This document shows positions 20,338 to 30,326 of a stretch of DNA of 64,000 nucleotides, one piece after another. Source of the DNA: Escherichia phage slur07. The number at the start of each line of letters is the position of its first letter. Position 1 is the first letter of the stretch. The notes beneath the pieces are model-generated. The model made no database searches. It saw only the letters and a list, made by a program, of their open reading frames with translations, and was not told the origin of the DNA. Location: sequence record NC_028780.1. One strand, given 5' to 3'. Position numbers and translations under genes: made by a program.

Positions 20338-21267
20338 ATGAAAACTCGTAAACATTATATTGATTATTTTGACAGTCTTATTACTAAACATCGTAATTAT
20401 CAGATAGGACACAGAGCAGTAATCAATAATATTCTTCGTGATTTCCTTCAATATGTTGGTCAGGAAAATCATATCTGTAAAGATACTCAAACCGCTTATT
20501 CTCATTCGTTAGGCAATTTGCTTGAATGGTTTAAACGTTCTCGTATGTTATCTTCTACTGTAGCTCATGAGAACATTAAAAACTTTATGAAGCCGAGCTT
20601 CATTAAATCTGAGACATCTATAACCGATTTGGTTGAATTTACTATTGTTAATGATGTTAAAAAGACTCATTTGGCTGATTGGTTTTCTACCATTCCTGAA
20701 ACTAAATTTGCTGATAAATTTGCTTGTCAATTCAATGACCAAGTGAATATGCTTTTTAAGCATGCTCGCAAACTATTTACCGCGGGCGATGACCGTACAA
20801 ATACAGTTCATGTTAAGGACTGGGTTATTGCTGATGAAGTAACACACAAGCCAGGTGGTTCATCAGTATTAATTAATATCCAGGTTCCTTATTATTACTC
20901 ACGTAATCTTGGCACCATGACAGCTAAAGAAATTAATAAGCACAACAAAACTATTCGTTCGTTGTCTTATAAACTCCGCATGATGTTAAAAATTATGGAC
21001 GTAGTGGAAATGTATGACGAAACCGAAGATAATGGTTCAATGTTATACAGTTCACGCATTCTAATTAAACTGAAGAACCCTAATACATATAAGACAGTTG
21101 TAAAAGAGCCTAAAGTAGAAAAGGTTGATAATCTGAGTGAAGAACGTGAATATCTCAATGCCCGTTTGATTGAAGTTGAAGCCCAAATTACAGAACACGC
21201 CAAATTGTTAAAAGCTCTTAATGCAAAAGCAAATGGTTTACGTAATGCTATTGAGGTATTGAAATGA
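20338..21267 (+). CDS. hypothetical protein with C-terminal coiled coil (array member D)
   Basis: 309-aa ORF. Confidence 0.6.
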   Translation: MKTRKHYIDYFDSLITKHRNYQIGHRAVINNILRDFLQYVGQENHICKDTQTAYSHSLGNLLEWFKRSRMLSSTVAHENIKNFMKPSFIKSETSITDLVEFTIVNDVKKTHLADWFSTIPETKFADKFACQFNDQVNMLFKHARKLFTAGDDRTNTVHVKDWVIADEVTHKPGGSSVLINIQVPYYYSRNLGTMTAKEINKHNKTIRSLSYKLRMMLKIMDVVEMYDETEDNGSMLYSSRILIKLKNPNTYKTVVKEPKVEKVDNLSEEREYLNARLIEVEAQITEHAKLLKALNAKANGLRNAIEVLK

Positions 21268-21653
21268 AAAAGCGTTTATTAGAAGACATTGCAGCTTCAA
21301 GTAATTCCAGTTTAATTAAAATTATTATGGCTGGTGAGGAAGATGATATGGAAATGCGTGGAAAGATTCATGGCTGCGACGATTTAGATTTTAAACCTCC
21401 AGCATGGGATGCTATTATGGCTATGGTTGAACGACGTGAAAGAGCTTCTAAAAACGTTCCTAATTGCCCTGAATGCGGTACTGAACAAGTTCAATTGATT
21501 AACTGGCGTAAACCAGAGCTTGAATATAAATGCCGTCAATGTAAACATAAATTCAGTAAGCATGCTCCGGAAATGGTTAAATTGCCTGACTCTACTGAGT
21601 TCTTTAAAGAACTTGTGAGTGTTCAACCAATGCCTAATAATATTTTGGATTAA
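21264..21653 (+). CDS. zinc-ribbon protein
   Basis: CPECG...CRQC motif; 129 aa. Confidence 0.55.
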   Translation: MKKRLLEDIAASSNSSLIKIIMAGEEDDMEMRGKIHGCDDLDFKPPAWDAIMAMVERRERASKNVPNCPECGTEQVQLINWRKPELEYKCRQCKHKFSKHAPEMVKLPDSTEFFKELVSVQPMPNNILD

Positions 21654-21655
21654 AA

Positions 21656-21898
21656 ATGACCAAGCGTAAAGAATATATGGAGGCTGCTGAAAAGGCAGTC
21701 CGTGAATTAGCAATAGCTTATTATAATGAACATGGTAAATTTCCTGATAGATACAGCGTGCTTAAATCTGCTTTAACTCGTTCATATAAAAATATGCTAT
21801 CAGAAGTAAGTGATATTATATACAAACATAAAGAACAAACGGGCCAAAGTCTTGATTACGACGAGACTTTTAAACAAGTACTAGGAATTAAGGAATAA
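21656..21898 (+). CDS. hypothetical protein
   Basis: 80-aa ORF. Confidence 0.5.
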   Translation: MTKRKEYMEAAEKAVRELAIAYYNEHGKFPDRYSVLKSALTRSYKNMLSEVSDIIYKHKEQTGQSLDYDETFKQVLGIKE

Positions 21899-21900
21899 AT

Positions 21901-22164
21901 ATGTTTAAAGTATATGGTTATGATAGCAACATTCATAAATGTGTGTATTGCGATAATGCAAAACGTCTTTTGACCGTGAAGAAACAGCCGTTTGAATTTA
22001 TCAACATTATGCCGGAAAAAGGTGTTTTTGATGATGAGAAAATCGCTGAGCTTCTGACTAAACTAGGTCGTGATACTCAAATCGGCTTGACAATGCCCCA
22101 GGTATTTGCTCCCGATGGAAGTCATATTGGTGGATTTGACCAACTGCGAGAATATTTTAAATGA
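21901..22164 (+). CDS. nrdC: thioredoxin/glutaredoxin (T4 NrdC)
   Basis: 87 aa, active site CVYC; matches T4 thioredoxin as recalled. Confidence 0.9.
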   Translation: MFKVYGYDSNIHKCVYCDNAKRLLTVKKQPFEFINIMPEKGVFDDEKIAELLTKLGRDTQIGLTMPQVFAPDGSHIGGFDQLREYFK

Positions 22165-22376
22165 TGCTCGAAGGAACTGACTATATTCATGATTACCGCG
22201 GAAGCGCGGTATATGTAGGTGATGAAGTTGCAGTTTATTATGGGTATGGAACTTTGATGACAGCCAAGGTTATTCAAATTAAAAATAATCGTGCTAAACT
22301 CGAAGTTTATTATTCTAATGGTGAAAAGTCTATTTCTAAGTGGAAATACGGCGATTGTATGGTTAAATTGGGGTAA
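22161..22376 (+). CDS. hypothetical small protein
   Basis: 71-aa ORF, ATGA overlap. Confidence 0.5.
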   Translation: MMLEGTDYIHDYRGSAVYVGDEVAVYYGYGTLMTAKVIQIKNNRAKLEVYYSNGEKSISKWKYGDCMVKLG

Positions 22377-22378
22377 AT

Positions 22379-22549
22379 ATGATTTACGATATTAATGTAT
22401 CACGAGCTCCGTCAATGGTTACTATTCCAGCCGAAGAACTAGATCGTCTTCAGAAAATTGAAGAACTTCTTTGGGAAATTGAATGTGACCTGCCATCAGG
22501 ACTAGAATCCTGGATTGATGATGAAGAACTTAATAAATTGCGAAATTAA
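22379..22549 (+). CDS. hypothetical small protein
   Basis: 56 codons directly after upstream stop. Confidence 0.35.
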   Translation: MIYDINVSRAPSMVTIPAEELDRLQKIEELLWEIECDLPSGLESWIDDEELNKLRN

Positions 22550-22559
22550 TTGGTGAAAA

Positions 22560-22880
22560 ATGACTATTGAAAATAAATTAGATGTTGATGCAGTTCTGAG
22601 CGAAATCATTGAAGACCATGATGCATTTTCGGAAAACTATGATTTCGATTTTTCCGATTATCTTAAACCTGTCGAAATAGAAGACTGGGTGCAAGATGGT
22701 AAATGTCAATATCGTCAGTGTGTTTACTTTAGTCCAAAACATAATGTACATGTGGCTGTAAATGAATCTCGGTCAGGTTCTTATCATTCTGACTGGTATT
22801 ATGCAGTTCCGACTGTTGAACTAGTCGAGCCCCATGAACGTGTAGTAACTCAGACAGTACGAGAATGGATTACGCTATAA
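22560..22880 (+). CDS. hypothetical protein
   Basis: 106-aa ORF. Confidence 0.5.
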   Translation: MTIENKLDVDAVLSEIIEDHDAFSENYDFDFSDYLKPVEIEDWVQDGKCQYRQCVYFSPKHNVHVAVNESRSGSYHSDWYYAVPTVELVEPHERVVTQTVREWITL

Positions 22881-23003
22881 AACCTTGGTGGGCGGCTAGA
22901 TGGGAAACTGTAGAGCCAGAGCCGGAAGAACCGGTTTACACTGATGAAGAAACGGTGTATAATGAACCTACAATAAATGACATAATTGATATGGAGATGG
23001 GAC

Positions 23004-23423
23004 ATGATTACAGTAGATAAGTGGTTTAGAATTAATCGTGCTGATACAGGGCTGTGTAATTACTGGCCGGAACTTAGTGCAGGTAATGTCTTTAAAGTTC
23101 GTGAACTTGCAAAAGAATGTGAAGATGATATAGAGCCTGATACTGGAATTATTGAAATTGAACTTTCTGATGGAAAGATTATTAACATCTACGATAAGCC
23201 AATTACGTATTGGTGCTTGTGGAATACTGAATCAGTAGAAAATGGCGAAATTGAAGAAGTTGTAGAGCGAACTAATCAAGTTGTTCAGAAGCCTAAAGCC
23301 GATTTTCAAGGTGAACGTATTTCATATGCATTAGCTAAATTAGCTGCACAAGAAAATAACGATGGCTATGAAGGAAATTTGATGCAAGCTGCGGCAGAAT
23401 ATATTGAATGGCTTGAAACCTAA
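23004..23423 (+). CDS. hypothetical protein (49-nrdC interval)
   Basis: 139 aa from ATG 23004; track ORF starts at TTG 22986. Confidence 0.45.
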   Translation: MITVDKWFRINRADTGLCNYWPELSAGNVFKVRELAKECEDDIEPDTGIIEIELSDGKIINIYDKPITYWCLWNTESVENGEIEEVVERTNQVVQKPKADFQGERISYALAKLAAQENNDGYEGNLMQAAAEYIEWLET

Positions 23424-23500
23424 ATTTCTTTTTCTGACCAAAAGATTCGGCAATATAAGCGATTGAATCAAATGTTTTACAATACTTGAAAATAATAAAT

Positions 23501-23525
23501 ACCCTTATCTATTTAAGGTAAGGGT
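23501..23525 (+). promoter_or_regulatory. stem-loop sequestering the gene 49 ribosome-binding region
   Basis: ACCCTTA...TAAGGGT inverted repeat, 5 nt before ATG 23531. Confidence 0.5.
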
Positions 23526-23530
23526 TTATT

Positions 23531-24004
23531 ATGTTATTGACTGGCAAATTATACAAAGAAGAAAAACAGAAATTTTATGATGCACAAAACGGTAAATGCT
23601 TAATTTGCCAACGAGAACTAAATCCTGATGTTCAAGCTAATCATCTTGATCATGACCATGAATTAAATGGACCAAAAGCAGGAAAGGTACGTGGATTGCT
23701 TTGTAATCTCTGCAATGCCGCAGAAGGTCAAATGAAACATAAATTTAATCGCTCTGGTTTAAAGGGACAAGGCGTTGATTATCTTGAATGGTTAGAAAAT
23801 TTACTTACTTATTTAAAATCCGATTACACCCAAAATAATATTCACCCTAACTTTGTTGGAGATAAATCAAAGGAATTTTCTCGTTTAGGAAAAGAGGAAA
23901 TGATGGCCGAGATGCTTCAAAGAGGATTTGAATATAATGAATCTGACACCAAAACACAGTTAATAGCTTCATTTAAGAAGCAGCTTAGAAAGAGTTTAAA
24001 ATGA
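23531..24004 (+). CDS. 49: recombination endonuclease VII (Holliday junction resolvase)
   Basis: 157 aa, zinc-binding CLIC...CNLC, histidine motif DHDHE; matches T4 gp49. Confidence 0.9.
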   Translation: MLLTGKLYKEEKQKFYDAQNGKCLICQRELNPDVQANHLDHDHELNGPKAGKVRGLLCNLCNAAEGQMKHKFNRSGLKGQGVDYLEWLENLLTYLKSDYTQNNIHPNFVGDKSKEFSRLGKEEMMAEMLQRGFEYNESDTKTQLIASFKKQLRKSLK

Positions 24005-25818
24005 CAATTGAAAAAGAAATTGAAGGATTGATTCATAAAACTAATAAAGACCTTTTAAACGAGAATGCTAATAAAGATTCTCGTGTTTTTCCAACTCAAC
24101 GGGACCTTATGGCTGGTATTGTGTCTAAACACATTGCCAAAAATATGGTCCCGTCTTTTATTATGAAAGCGCATGAAAGCGGAATTATCCATTTCCACGA
24201 TATTGATTATTCCCCTGCTCTTCCATTTACTAATTGCTGTTTAGTAGATTTAAAAGGAATGCTTGAAAACGGATTTAAGCTAGGTAATGCACAGATTGAA
24301 ACTCCTAAATCAATTGGCGTTGCTACTGCAATTATGGCACAAATTACTGCACAGGTTGCTTCTCACCAATACGGCGGAACGACTTTTGCGAATGTAGATA
24401 AAGTACTTTCTCCTTATGTTAAACGCACCTATGCAAAACATATTGAGGATGCAGAAAAATGGCAAATCGCCGATGCGTTGAATTATGCTCAATCTAAAAC
24501 AGAAAAAGACGTATACGATGCATTCCAAGCTTATGAATATGAAGTAAATACTCTCTTTAGTTCAAACGGACAGACTCCTTTTGTAACAATTACATTTGGT
24601 ACGGGAACTGACTGGACTGAACGAATGATTCAGAAAGCAATTCTGAAAAATCGTATTAAAGGTCTTGGTCGTGATGGGATAACTCCTATTTTCCCTAAGC
24701 TTGTTATGTTCGTTGAAGAAGGTGTTAATCTTTATAAAGACGATCCGAACTATGATATTAAGCAGCTTGCTCTAGAGTGCGCAAGCAAAAGGATGTATCC
24801 TGATATTATTTCAGCTAAGAACAATAAAGCTATCACTGGTTCATCTGTTCCTGTTTCTCCAATGGGTTGCCGTAGTTTCTTGAGCGTATGGAAAGATTCG
24901 ACTGGTAATGAAATTCTTGATGGACGTAATAATCTTGGTGTTGTAACATTGAATCTTCCTCGCATCGCGTTAGATTCTTATATTGGAACACAGTTCAATG
25001 AACAGAAATTTGTTGAATTGTTCAATGAACGAATGGATTTGTGTTTTGAAGCTTTGATGTGTAGAATTAGTTCCTTAAAAGGAGTTAAAGCGACTGTTGC
25101 TCCTATTCTTTACCAAGAAGGTGCATTCGGGGTTCGTCTTAAACCTGATGACGACATAATTGAGTTATTTAAAAACGGTAGAAGTTCAGTGTCTTTAGGA
25201 TACATTGGTATTCACGAATTGAATATTCTTGTCGGTCGTGATATTGGACGAGAAATTTTAACTAAAATGAATGCTCATCTTAAACAGTGGACTGAAAGAA
25301 CCGGATTTGCTTTTAGTTTATATTCGACTCCTGCTGAAAACCTTTGTTATCGCTTCTGTAAACTCGATACAGAAAAATATGGAAGCGTAAAAGATGTTAC
25401 CGATAAAGGTTGGTACACTAACAGTTTCCATGTTTCAGTAGAAGAAAATATTACTCCGTTTGAAAAGATTTCCCGTGAAGCGCCATATCATTTCATTGCG
25501 ACAGGTGGTCACATTTCTTATGTTGAACTTCCTGATATGAAAAATAACTTAAAAGGTCTTGAGGCCGTGTGGGATTATGCTGCACAACATTTAGATTATT
25601 TTGGTGTTAATATGCCAGTAGATAAATGTTTTACATGCGGAAGTACCCATGAAATGACTCCTACTGAAAACGGATTTGTTTGTTCTATTTGTGGAGAAAC
25701 TGATCCTAAAAAGATGAATACCATAAGAAGAACATGTGGTTATTTGGGAAATCCGAACGAACGCGGATTTAATCTCGGTAAAAATAAAGAAATCATGCAT
25801 AGGGTTAAACACCAATGA
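24001..25818 (+). CDS. nrdD: anaerobic ribonucleoside-triphosphate reductase, uninterrupted
   Basis: 605 aa; C-terminal zinc ribbon CFTCGS...CSICG and glycyl-radical region RTCGYLG. Confidence 0.95.
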   Translation: MTIEKEIEGLIHKTNKDLLNENANKDSRVFPTQRDLMAGIVSKHIAKNMVPSFIMKAHESGIIHFHDIDYSPALPFTNCCLVDLKGMLENGFKLGNAQIETPKSIGVATAIMAQITAQVASHQYGGTTFANVDKVLSPYVKRTYAKHIEDAEKWQIADALNYAQSKTEKDVYDAFQAYEYEVNTLFSSNGQTPFVTITFGTGTDWTERMIQKAILKNRIKGLGRDGITPIFPKLVMFVEEGVNLYKDDPNYDIKQLALECASKRMYPDIISAKNNKAITGSSVPVSPMGCRSFLSVWKDSTGNEILDGRNNLGVVTLNLPRIALDSYIGTQFNEQKFVELFNERMDLCFEALMCRISSLKGVKATVAPILYQEGAFGVRLKPDDDIIELFKNGRSSVSLGYIGIHELNILVGRDIGREILTKMNAHLKQWTERTGFAFSLYSTPAENLCYRFCKLDTEKYGSVKDVTDKGWYTNSFHVSVEENITPFEKISREAPYHFIATGGHISYVELPDMKNNLKGLEAVWDYAAQHLDYFGVNMPVDKCFTCGSTHEMTPTENGFVCSICGETDPKKMNTIRRTCGYLGNPNERGFNLGKNKEIMHRVKHQ

Positions 25819-26285
25819 ATTATGATAGATTTTATCCTTGCGATTTTGTTAATGGCCCTGGTTGCAGGGTTGTTCTTTTCGTTACAGGTTGTTTGCATAA
25901 ATGCGAAGGGTGTTATAATAAATCAACATGGAATGCTAGAAATGGTATTCCATTTACTGGTGAAACACTAGAACAATTGATTGAATGTTTGAATAATGAT
26001 TATATAGAAGGATTAACTATAACCGGAGGTGACCCTCTTTATCCTGATAACAGAGACGTGATTCACTCTGTGGTTCAAACAGTAAAAAATCTTTATCCCA
26101 ATAAAAGCATTTGGTTGTGGACAGGATATAAGTTTGAAGATATTAAACAACTAGAAATGCTTAAATATGTTGATGTTATTATTGATGGGAAGTATGAGAA
26201 AAATCTTCCGACTAAAAAGCTGTGGCGAGGATCAGATAATCAGCGACTTTGGTCAAATACCGATGGGGTGTGGAAACATGATTAA
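25815..26285 (+). CDS. nrdG: anaerobic RNR activating enzyme (radical SAM)
   Basis: CLHKCEGC radical-SAM CxxxCxxC motif; 156 aa. Confidence 0.9.
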   Translation: MNYDRFYPCDFVNGPGCRVVLFVTGCLHKCEGCYNKSTWNARNGIPFTGETLEQLIECLNNDYIEGLTITGGDPLYPDNRDVIHSVVQTVKNLYPNKSIWLWTGYKFEDIKQLEMLKYVDVIIDGKYEKNLPTKKLWRGSDNQRLWSNTDGVWKHD

Positions 26286-26400
26286 ATTGAATTATATTAT
26301 GGACACTATAAATGATATGATTTTTCATTTTGGTCCAGAATTTTATTCGCAATATAGTTTAGTGCTTATCAATGCTTGGTTAATCAATTAAGGGTAAAAT

Positions 26401-26613
26401 ATGTATAAATTTCGTAAAGGTTTAGCTGATTTTCTTACAACTGTAACGTTCTTTCTGTTTATGGCAGTTGGAGCTATTTTTCTTATTCCTTTTATTGTTG
26501 TATTTTTCGTGATTAGTTTAATTTCTCCAGAAAAGGGCTTATCTTCTAGTGAGTTCAATGAGCGTCTGGATAAAATTACTAACAAGCTGAATGCTGCTCT
26601 TAGTAAGGAATAG
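26401..26613 (+). CDS. small membrane protein
   Basis: 70 aa with long hydrophobic core. Confidence 0.5.
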   Translation: MYKFRKGLADFLTTVTFFLFMAVGAIFLIPFIVVFFVISLISPEKGLSSSEFNERLDKITNKLNAALSKE

Positions 26614-26615
26614 TT

Positions 26616-26924
26616 GTGAAACAAAATAAGATTGAAGTCTATGGAATTCCAGATGAAGTAGGTCGTTGTCCTGGATGTCAATCAGTTACAAAACTTCTAA
26701 AGGAGCTCAATGCTCCTTTTACTTTCTATAAAGTTCTTACAAATAATGGTAAGATTGAGTATGATCGTCCACTGATTGTATCTCTTGCTAAACGCGCTGG
26801 ATTCACATCTCTTAACATTCGTTATCCAGTCATTTTCATTAATGATTCTAGACAAAAGAACATTAAACACTTCAAAGAAACTCTCATTTCACTTGGATAT
26901 GATAGAGATATCATAGAAGATTAA
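26616..26924 (+). CDS. nrdH: glutaredoxin/thioredoxin-fold protein (NrdH-like)
   Basis: CPGC active site; GTG start with AAGGAA RBS. Confidence 0.6.
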   Translation: MKQNKIEVYGIPDEVGRCPGCQSVTKLLKELNAPFTFYKVLTNNGKIEYDRPLIVSLAKRAGFTSLNIRYPVIFINDSRQKNIKHFKETLISLGYDRDIIED

Positions 26925-26928
26925 GACG

Positions 26929-26950
26929 GGCCCTCTGGGCCTTTCTTTCT
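26929..26950 (+). terminator. GC hairpin followed by T-rich tract
   Basis: GGCCC-TCT-GGGCC then TTTCTTTCT. Confidence 0.4.
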
Positions 26951-27022
26951 CACATTCTGTATATTACCATTCTAAGCTATCGTTCCTTTCTTATCATTCC
27001 CTAAAATATTTTTCACAAAGTT

Positions 27023-27052
27023 GTTTACAACAAGTTCAAACCGTGGTATTAT
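27023..27052 (+). promoter_or_regulatory. T4-type early promoter
   Basis: GTTTAC 27023-27028, TATTAT 27047-27052, upstream TTTTTCACAAAG UP-like element. Confidence 0.55.
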
Positions 27053-27082
27053 TAACATATGAATTGCCTTTGAGGAATTGAT

Positions 27083-27265
27083 ATGGTTATGATTGATAAA
27101 GAAATTAAAAGGGGACAGTATTATCTTATTAATGGTAATGCTGTTCGCGTTACTCATGTAAATAGTTTTGAAGTTTGCTATATTATACTCAAGTTACATA
27201 AACGCATGATTTGCGATCGTGCTGCATTTAGTTCAGTTGCTAAGGAAATTAAACTCCATGGGTAA
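27083..27265 (+). CDS. hypothetical small protein
   Basis: 60-aa ORF after GAGGAA. Confidence 0.4.
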   Translation: MVMIDKEIKRGQYYLINGNAVRVTHVNSFEVCYIILKLHKRMICDRAAFSSVAKEIKLHG

Positions 27266-27551
27266 AACGTATCGTCGTAAAGACTTGAAAGTGCGTGATT
27301 ATGACTATTTCGGAAAGCGTAAAGCTCCTGACGGTGTAAGTCATAAAGATATGGTTGAAAACATTTTTCGCTCAGATAAATGGCGTAGAATGAAAGGTAT
27401 TGATTCAGAAGTTAAAGATGAGTTAAATCGTCAATTACGCGGTGAAGTAAGAAAGTTGAAAAAATCAGTTTACATTGACGATGATTTTGATTATAATACT
27501 TCTCAACGAGTTGCTAAACGTAAATCAAACGAGTGTTATCGTTACAGCTGA
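27258..27551 (+). CDS. basic small protein
   Basis: 97 aa, Lys/Arg-rich. Confidence 0.45.
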   Translation: MGKTYRRKDLKVRDYDYFGKRKAPDGVSHKDMVENIFRSDKWRRMKGIDSEVKDELNRQLRGEVRKLKKSVYIDDDFDYNTSQRVAKRKSNECYRYS

Positions 27552-27558
27552 GGAAAAT

Positions 27559-27690
27559 ATGAATATCAAACGCATGCTTTTTAAGCAAGGGCTATACACT
27601 TTAAATGTTACTCCAAAGGGTGATACAACTAAGTGGTCAGTAAATGACTGGATTAAATTTATTGATGAAAACGGTAATTGGGAAATTTAA
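27559..27690 (+). CDS. hypothetical small protein
   Basis: 43 codons, AGGAAAA RBS. Confidence 0.35.
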   Translation: MNIKRMLFKQGLYTLNVTPKGDTTKWSVNDWIKFIDENGNWEI

Positions 27691-27891
27691 ATGAATCCTG
27701 AATCTAAATTATCGCAGCGAATTGCCGAAGCTCGTCGTCAGTTCTTTGAAAATATGATAGCACAAGGTATTGATGACGAAGTTTTTCTAAACTGGTTTTG
27801 GAATCACAAATATTCAAGTTGCTCAGGAGCAATATTAATATCAGCCGCAATGATGTATGAAGGCTGGAAGGGTGCCAAAAAGTTTAGCTAA
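27691..27891 (+). CDS. hypothetical small protein
   Basis: 66-aa ORF. Confidence 0.45.
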   Translation: MNPESKLSQRIAEARRQFFENMIAQGIDDEVFLNWFWNHKYSSCSGAILISAAMMYEGWKGAKKFS

Positions 27892-27909
27892 GGGCTTCGG
27901 CCCTTTTTG
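27891..27909 (+). terminator. rho-independent terminator
   Basis: AGGGC-TTCG-GCCCT followed by TTTTT. Confidence 0.55.
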
Positions 27910-27943
27910 GATAATAAAATTTTAACGTAATTGAGGATAATGT

Positions 27944-28270
27944 ATGACTATTCAAATTAAAAACGTCATTAATTCTTACGCATATGATAAAGTAGTTTCT
28001 TTGCTAGAAAAAGGCGATATTGTAACTCCTCAAATTTTGGATAAATGGGAAAAAGAGCTTCATCAGACGATGAAACAGAATGATCAGAAGATTGGACGCA
28101 ATACTGTCCGTGAATTGTTGGTTCAATATATCTTGTCAGAATTTGATGTTAAAGCTTTTGGTGTAGAATCTAAAGCTTATCAAAAGCATGAAATTTCCGA
28201 TAAAACTATTCGTCGCATGAAAAATCAACGCAAGAAAAAATTTGCAGACCTGAAAATTACTAAGGTATAA
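27944..28270 (+). CDS. hypothetical protein
   Basis: 108-aa ORF. Confidence 0.5.
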   Translation: MTIQIKNVINSYAYDKVVSLLEKGDIVTPQILDKWEKELHQTMKQNDQKIGRNTVRELLVQYILSEFDVKAFGVESKAYQKHEISDKTIRRMKNQRKKKFADLKITKV

Positions 28271-28272
28271 TT

Positions 28273-28488
28273 ATGAACGAAGCTCTTATTAACGATTTGC
28301 GTCTTGCCGGATATGAAGTAAATACAAACGGCAATGGTTTAACTCAAATTGAAGGAAATGGATTCATCCTTGAGTATGAATTTAGCCAATGGTGGTTATA
28401 TGGCAATTATGGCGAATTGATTGAATATGTTGACCAATTTGATTCACTAGATGCAGCTCTTGAAGCGGCTAAGTTGATGAATGTATGA
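28273..28488 (+). CDS. hypothetical small protein
   Basis: 71-aa ORF. Confidence 0.45.
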   Translation: MNEALINDLRLAGYEVNTNGNGLTQIEGNGFILEYEFSQWWLYGNYGELIEYVDQFDSLDAALEAAKLMNV

Positions 28489-28754
28489 AATTTATTAATA
28501 TTTCTATTACTATTGAAAATTATGGCATTTTCTATGTTGACCAATACATGAAAATTTCATTTTTCCCAAATAAAACTGGTGTTGGATATTGGGAAAGTCA
28601 TGTTTCTGAATTAAATGAAAGTGAATATGTTAGTACACATGAAAAGTTTTTAGACTTTTTATATCATGCTGATTTAACTAGTCATTATATAGATATTCAT
28701 GAATTTAAAAAGATGATGGAAAAAGTATTCCAAGCATACTGTTTACTTAGATAA
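28485..28754 (+). CDS. hypothetical small protein
   Basis: 89-aa ORF. Confidence 0.45.
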   Translation: MKFINISITIENYGIFYVDQYMKISFFPNKTGVGYWESHVSELNESEYVSTHEKFLDFLYHADLTSHYIDIHEFKKMMEKVFQAYCLLR

Positions 28755-28832
28755 CTGATATCCTCTATGCTTTAAGATAGATCTTCAAATATTATGATAT
28801 AATAGATCTATGAATTGAGCTAAGAGGTGAAA

Positions 28833-29390
28833 ATGTCAGAAACTAAGCCTAAATATAATTACGTAAACAATAAAGAGCTTTTACAAGCTATTATTGATTG
28901 GAAAACAGAATTAGCAAATAATAAAGACCCAAATAAAGTAGTTCGTCAGAATGATACTATCGGATTAGCCATTATGCTTATTGCAGAAGGCTTATCTAAA
29001 CGTTTCAACTTTTCAGGATACACCCAGTCTTGGAAACAAGAAATGATTGCAGATGGTATAGAAGCTTCTATTAAGGGGCTTCACAATTTTGATGAAACGA
29101 AATATAAAAACCCGCATGCGTATATAACTCAAGCTTGTTTTAATGCATTCGTCCAACGTATTAAAAAAGAACGTAAGGAAGTTGCAAAGAAATATAGTTA
29201 CTTCGTTCACAATGTCTATGACAGTCGTGACGACGATATGGTTGCGTTAGTAGATGAAACTTTTATTCAAGACATCTACGATAAAATGACGCATTACGAA
29301 GAATCAACCTATAGAACACCGGGGGCTGAAAAGAAAAGTGTTGTAGACGATTCTCCTAGTTTGGATTTTTTATATGAGGCTAACGATTAA
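28833..29390 (+). CDS. 55: late-transcription sigma factor gp55
   Basis: 185 aa starting [17 protein letters not shown]...; size and sequence match T4 gp55 as recalled. Confidence 0.9.
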
Positions 29391-29592
29391 CCTCTCCGGA
29401 TTCTTGGAAGAAATACCTGAAGTTGAAGCTATTCCCTATTTACTTAAAATGTATCTCAGGGAAGTTTTAGCTCTTGACATTGATATTGATCCAGAAAATC
29501 CGTATGATACCGCTTTTAAATCTAATGGTGTAGAATTAAATTACAGGTATCATTTAACAGATGATGATTTTTATTTTATATTAGAGAAATAA
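29374..29592 (+). CDS. hypothetical small protein
   Basis: 72-aa ORF. Confidence 0.45.
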
Positions 29593-29593
29593 T

Positions 29594-29911
29594 ATGACTG
29601 ATAAACCCGAAATTAATGATGAAGTGGAAAAGCTTATTTCTTCTATTGAAGAAAAGAACCGTCTTGAAGCAGAAAGAAAAGCAAATAAGTTATTGTCTAA
29701 AAACAAACGCGAACTGAATCGTCTTTATAAGCACGCTCAGACTGCAGCTGAAAACAATAATTTTGCTCAATACGAATATGCTATCAAGAAAAGTCGGGAT
29801 ATTCTAAAACAGCCATATAACGATGAACTCATCAGTATTCTTTGGAAGACTACTAGATCGCAAATTGAGGATATGATTGATGCTTACACACGTAAAATTC
29901 AAGCGTCTTAA
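29594..29911 (+). CDS. hypothetical protein
   Basis: 105-aa ORF. Confidence 0.5.
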   Translation: MTDKPEINDEVEKLISSIEEKNRLEAERKANKLLSKNKRELNRLYKHAQTAAENNNFAQYEYAIKKSRDILKQPYNDELISILWKTTRSQIEDMIDAYTRKIQAS

Positions 29912-30083
29912 AATTAATGCAGGATTTACTGAATCTTTGAATGGTCATCTTTGTGTGAAAATTTCTGAAAAAGAATACCATGATAGTTCAATTAAAGAAG
30001 TTAATCCTCCTATTGTAAGAGCAGACCCTAATATGAAAGTGTGGGTTGATTCTTATCAAGTCAAAAAATGGTGGCAGTTATGA
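29880..30083 (+). CDS. hypothetical small protein
   Basis: 67 aa from ATG 29880 (GAGGA RBS). Confidence 0.4.
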   Translation: MLTHVKFKRLKINAGFTESLNGHLCVKISEKEYHDSSIKEVNPPIVRADPNMKVWVDSYQVKKWWQL

Positions 30084-30259
30084 AAGATGAACACCCAGAC
30101 TTCTGAAATAGATTATAATAAAATTCGTTCCTCTAAAGAGGAAATGATGAGACTCTTTAAAGCGTCTCATGATAAAGCTAAAGCAGAAGGAACTATAAAA
30201 TATAAGCGCATAAAATTTAAAAGTTCTAACGAGCCTCTGTATGGCGTATTATGTGGATA

Positions 30260-30302
30260 GGAGCTTCGGCTCCTATATTGCTTTATAAATTTTTGGTAAA
30301 AT
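30260..30302 (+). promoter_or_regulatory. UUCG hairpin followed by MotA-box middle promoter
   Basis: GGAGC-TTCG-GCTCC 30260-30273; TGCTTTA 30279-30285; 11-nt spacer; TAAAAT 30297-30302. Confidence 0.45.
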
Positions 30303-30326
30303 AAACCAAAACAAAGAGGATATTAA

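Noticed and set aside
22865-23020. 51-codon acidic ORF in the GC-richer stretch before the pin-region gene
   Set aside because: Overlaps the better-supported 23004-23423 frame and lacks an RBS; too uncertain to call.
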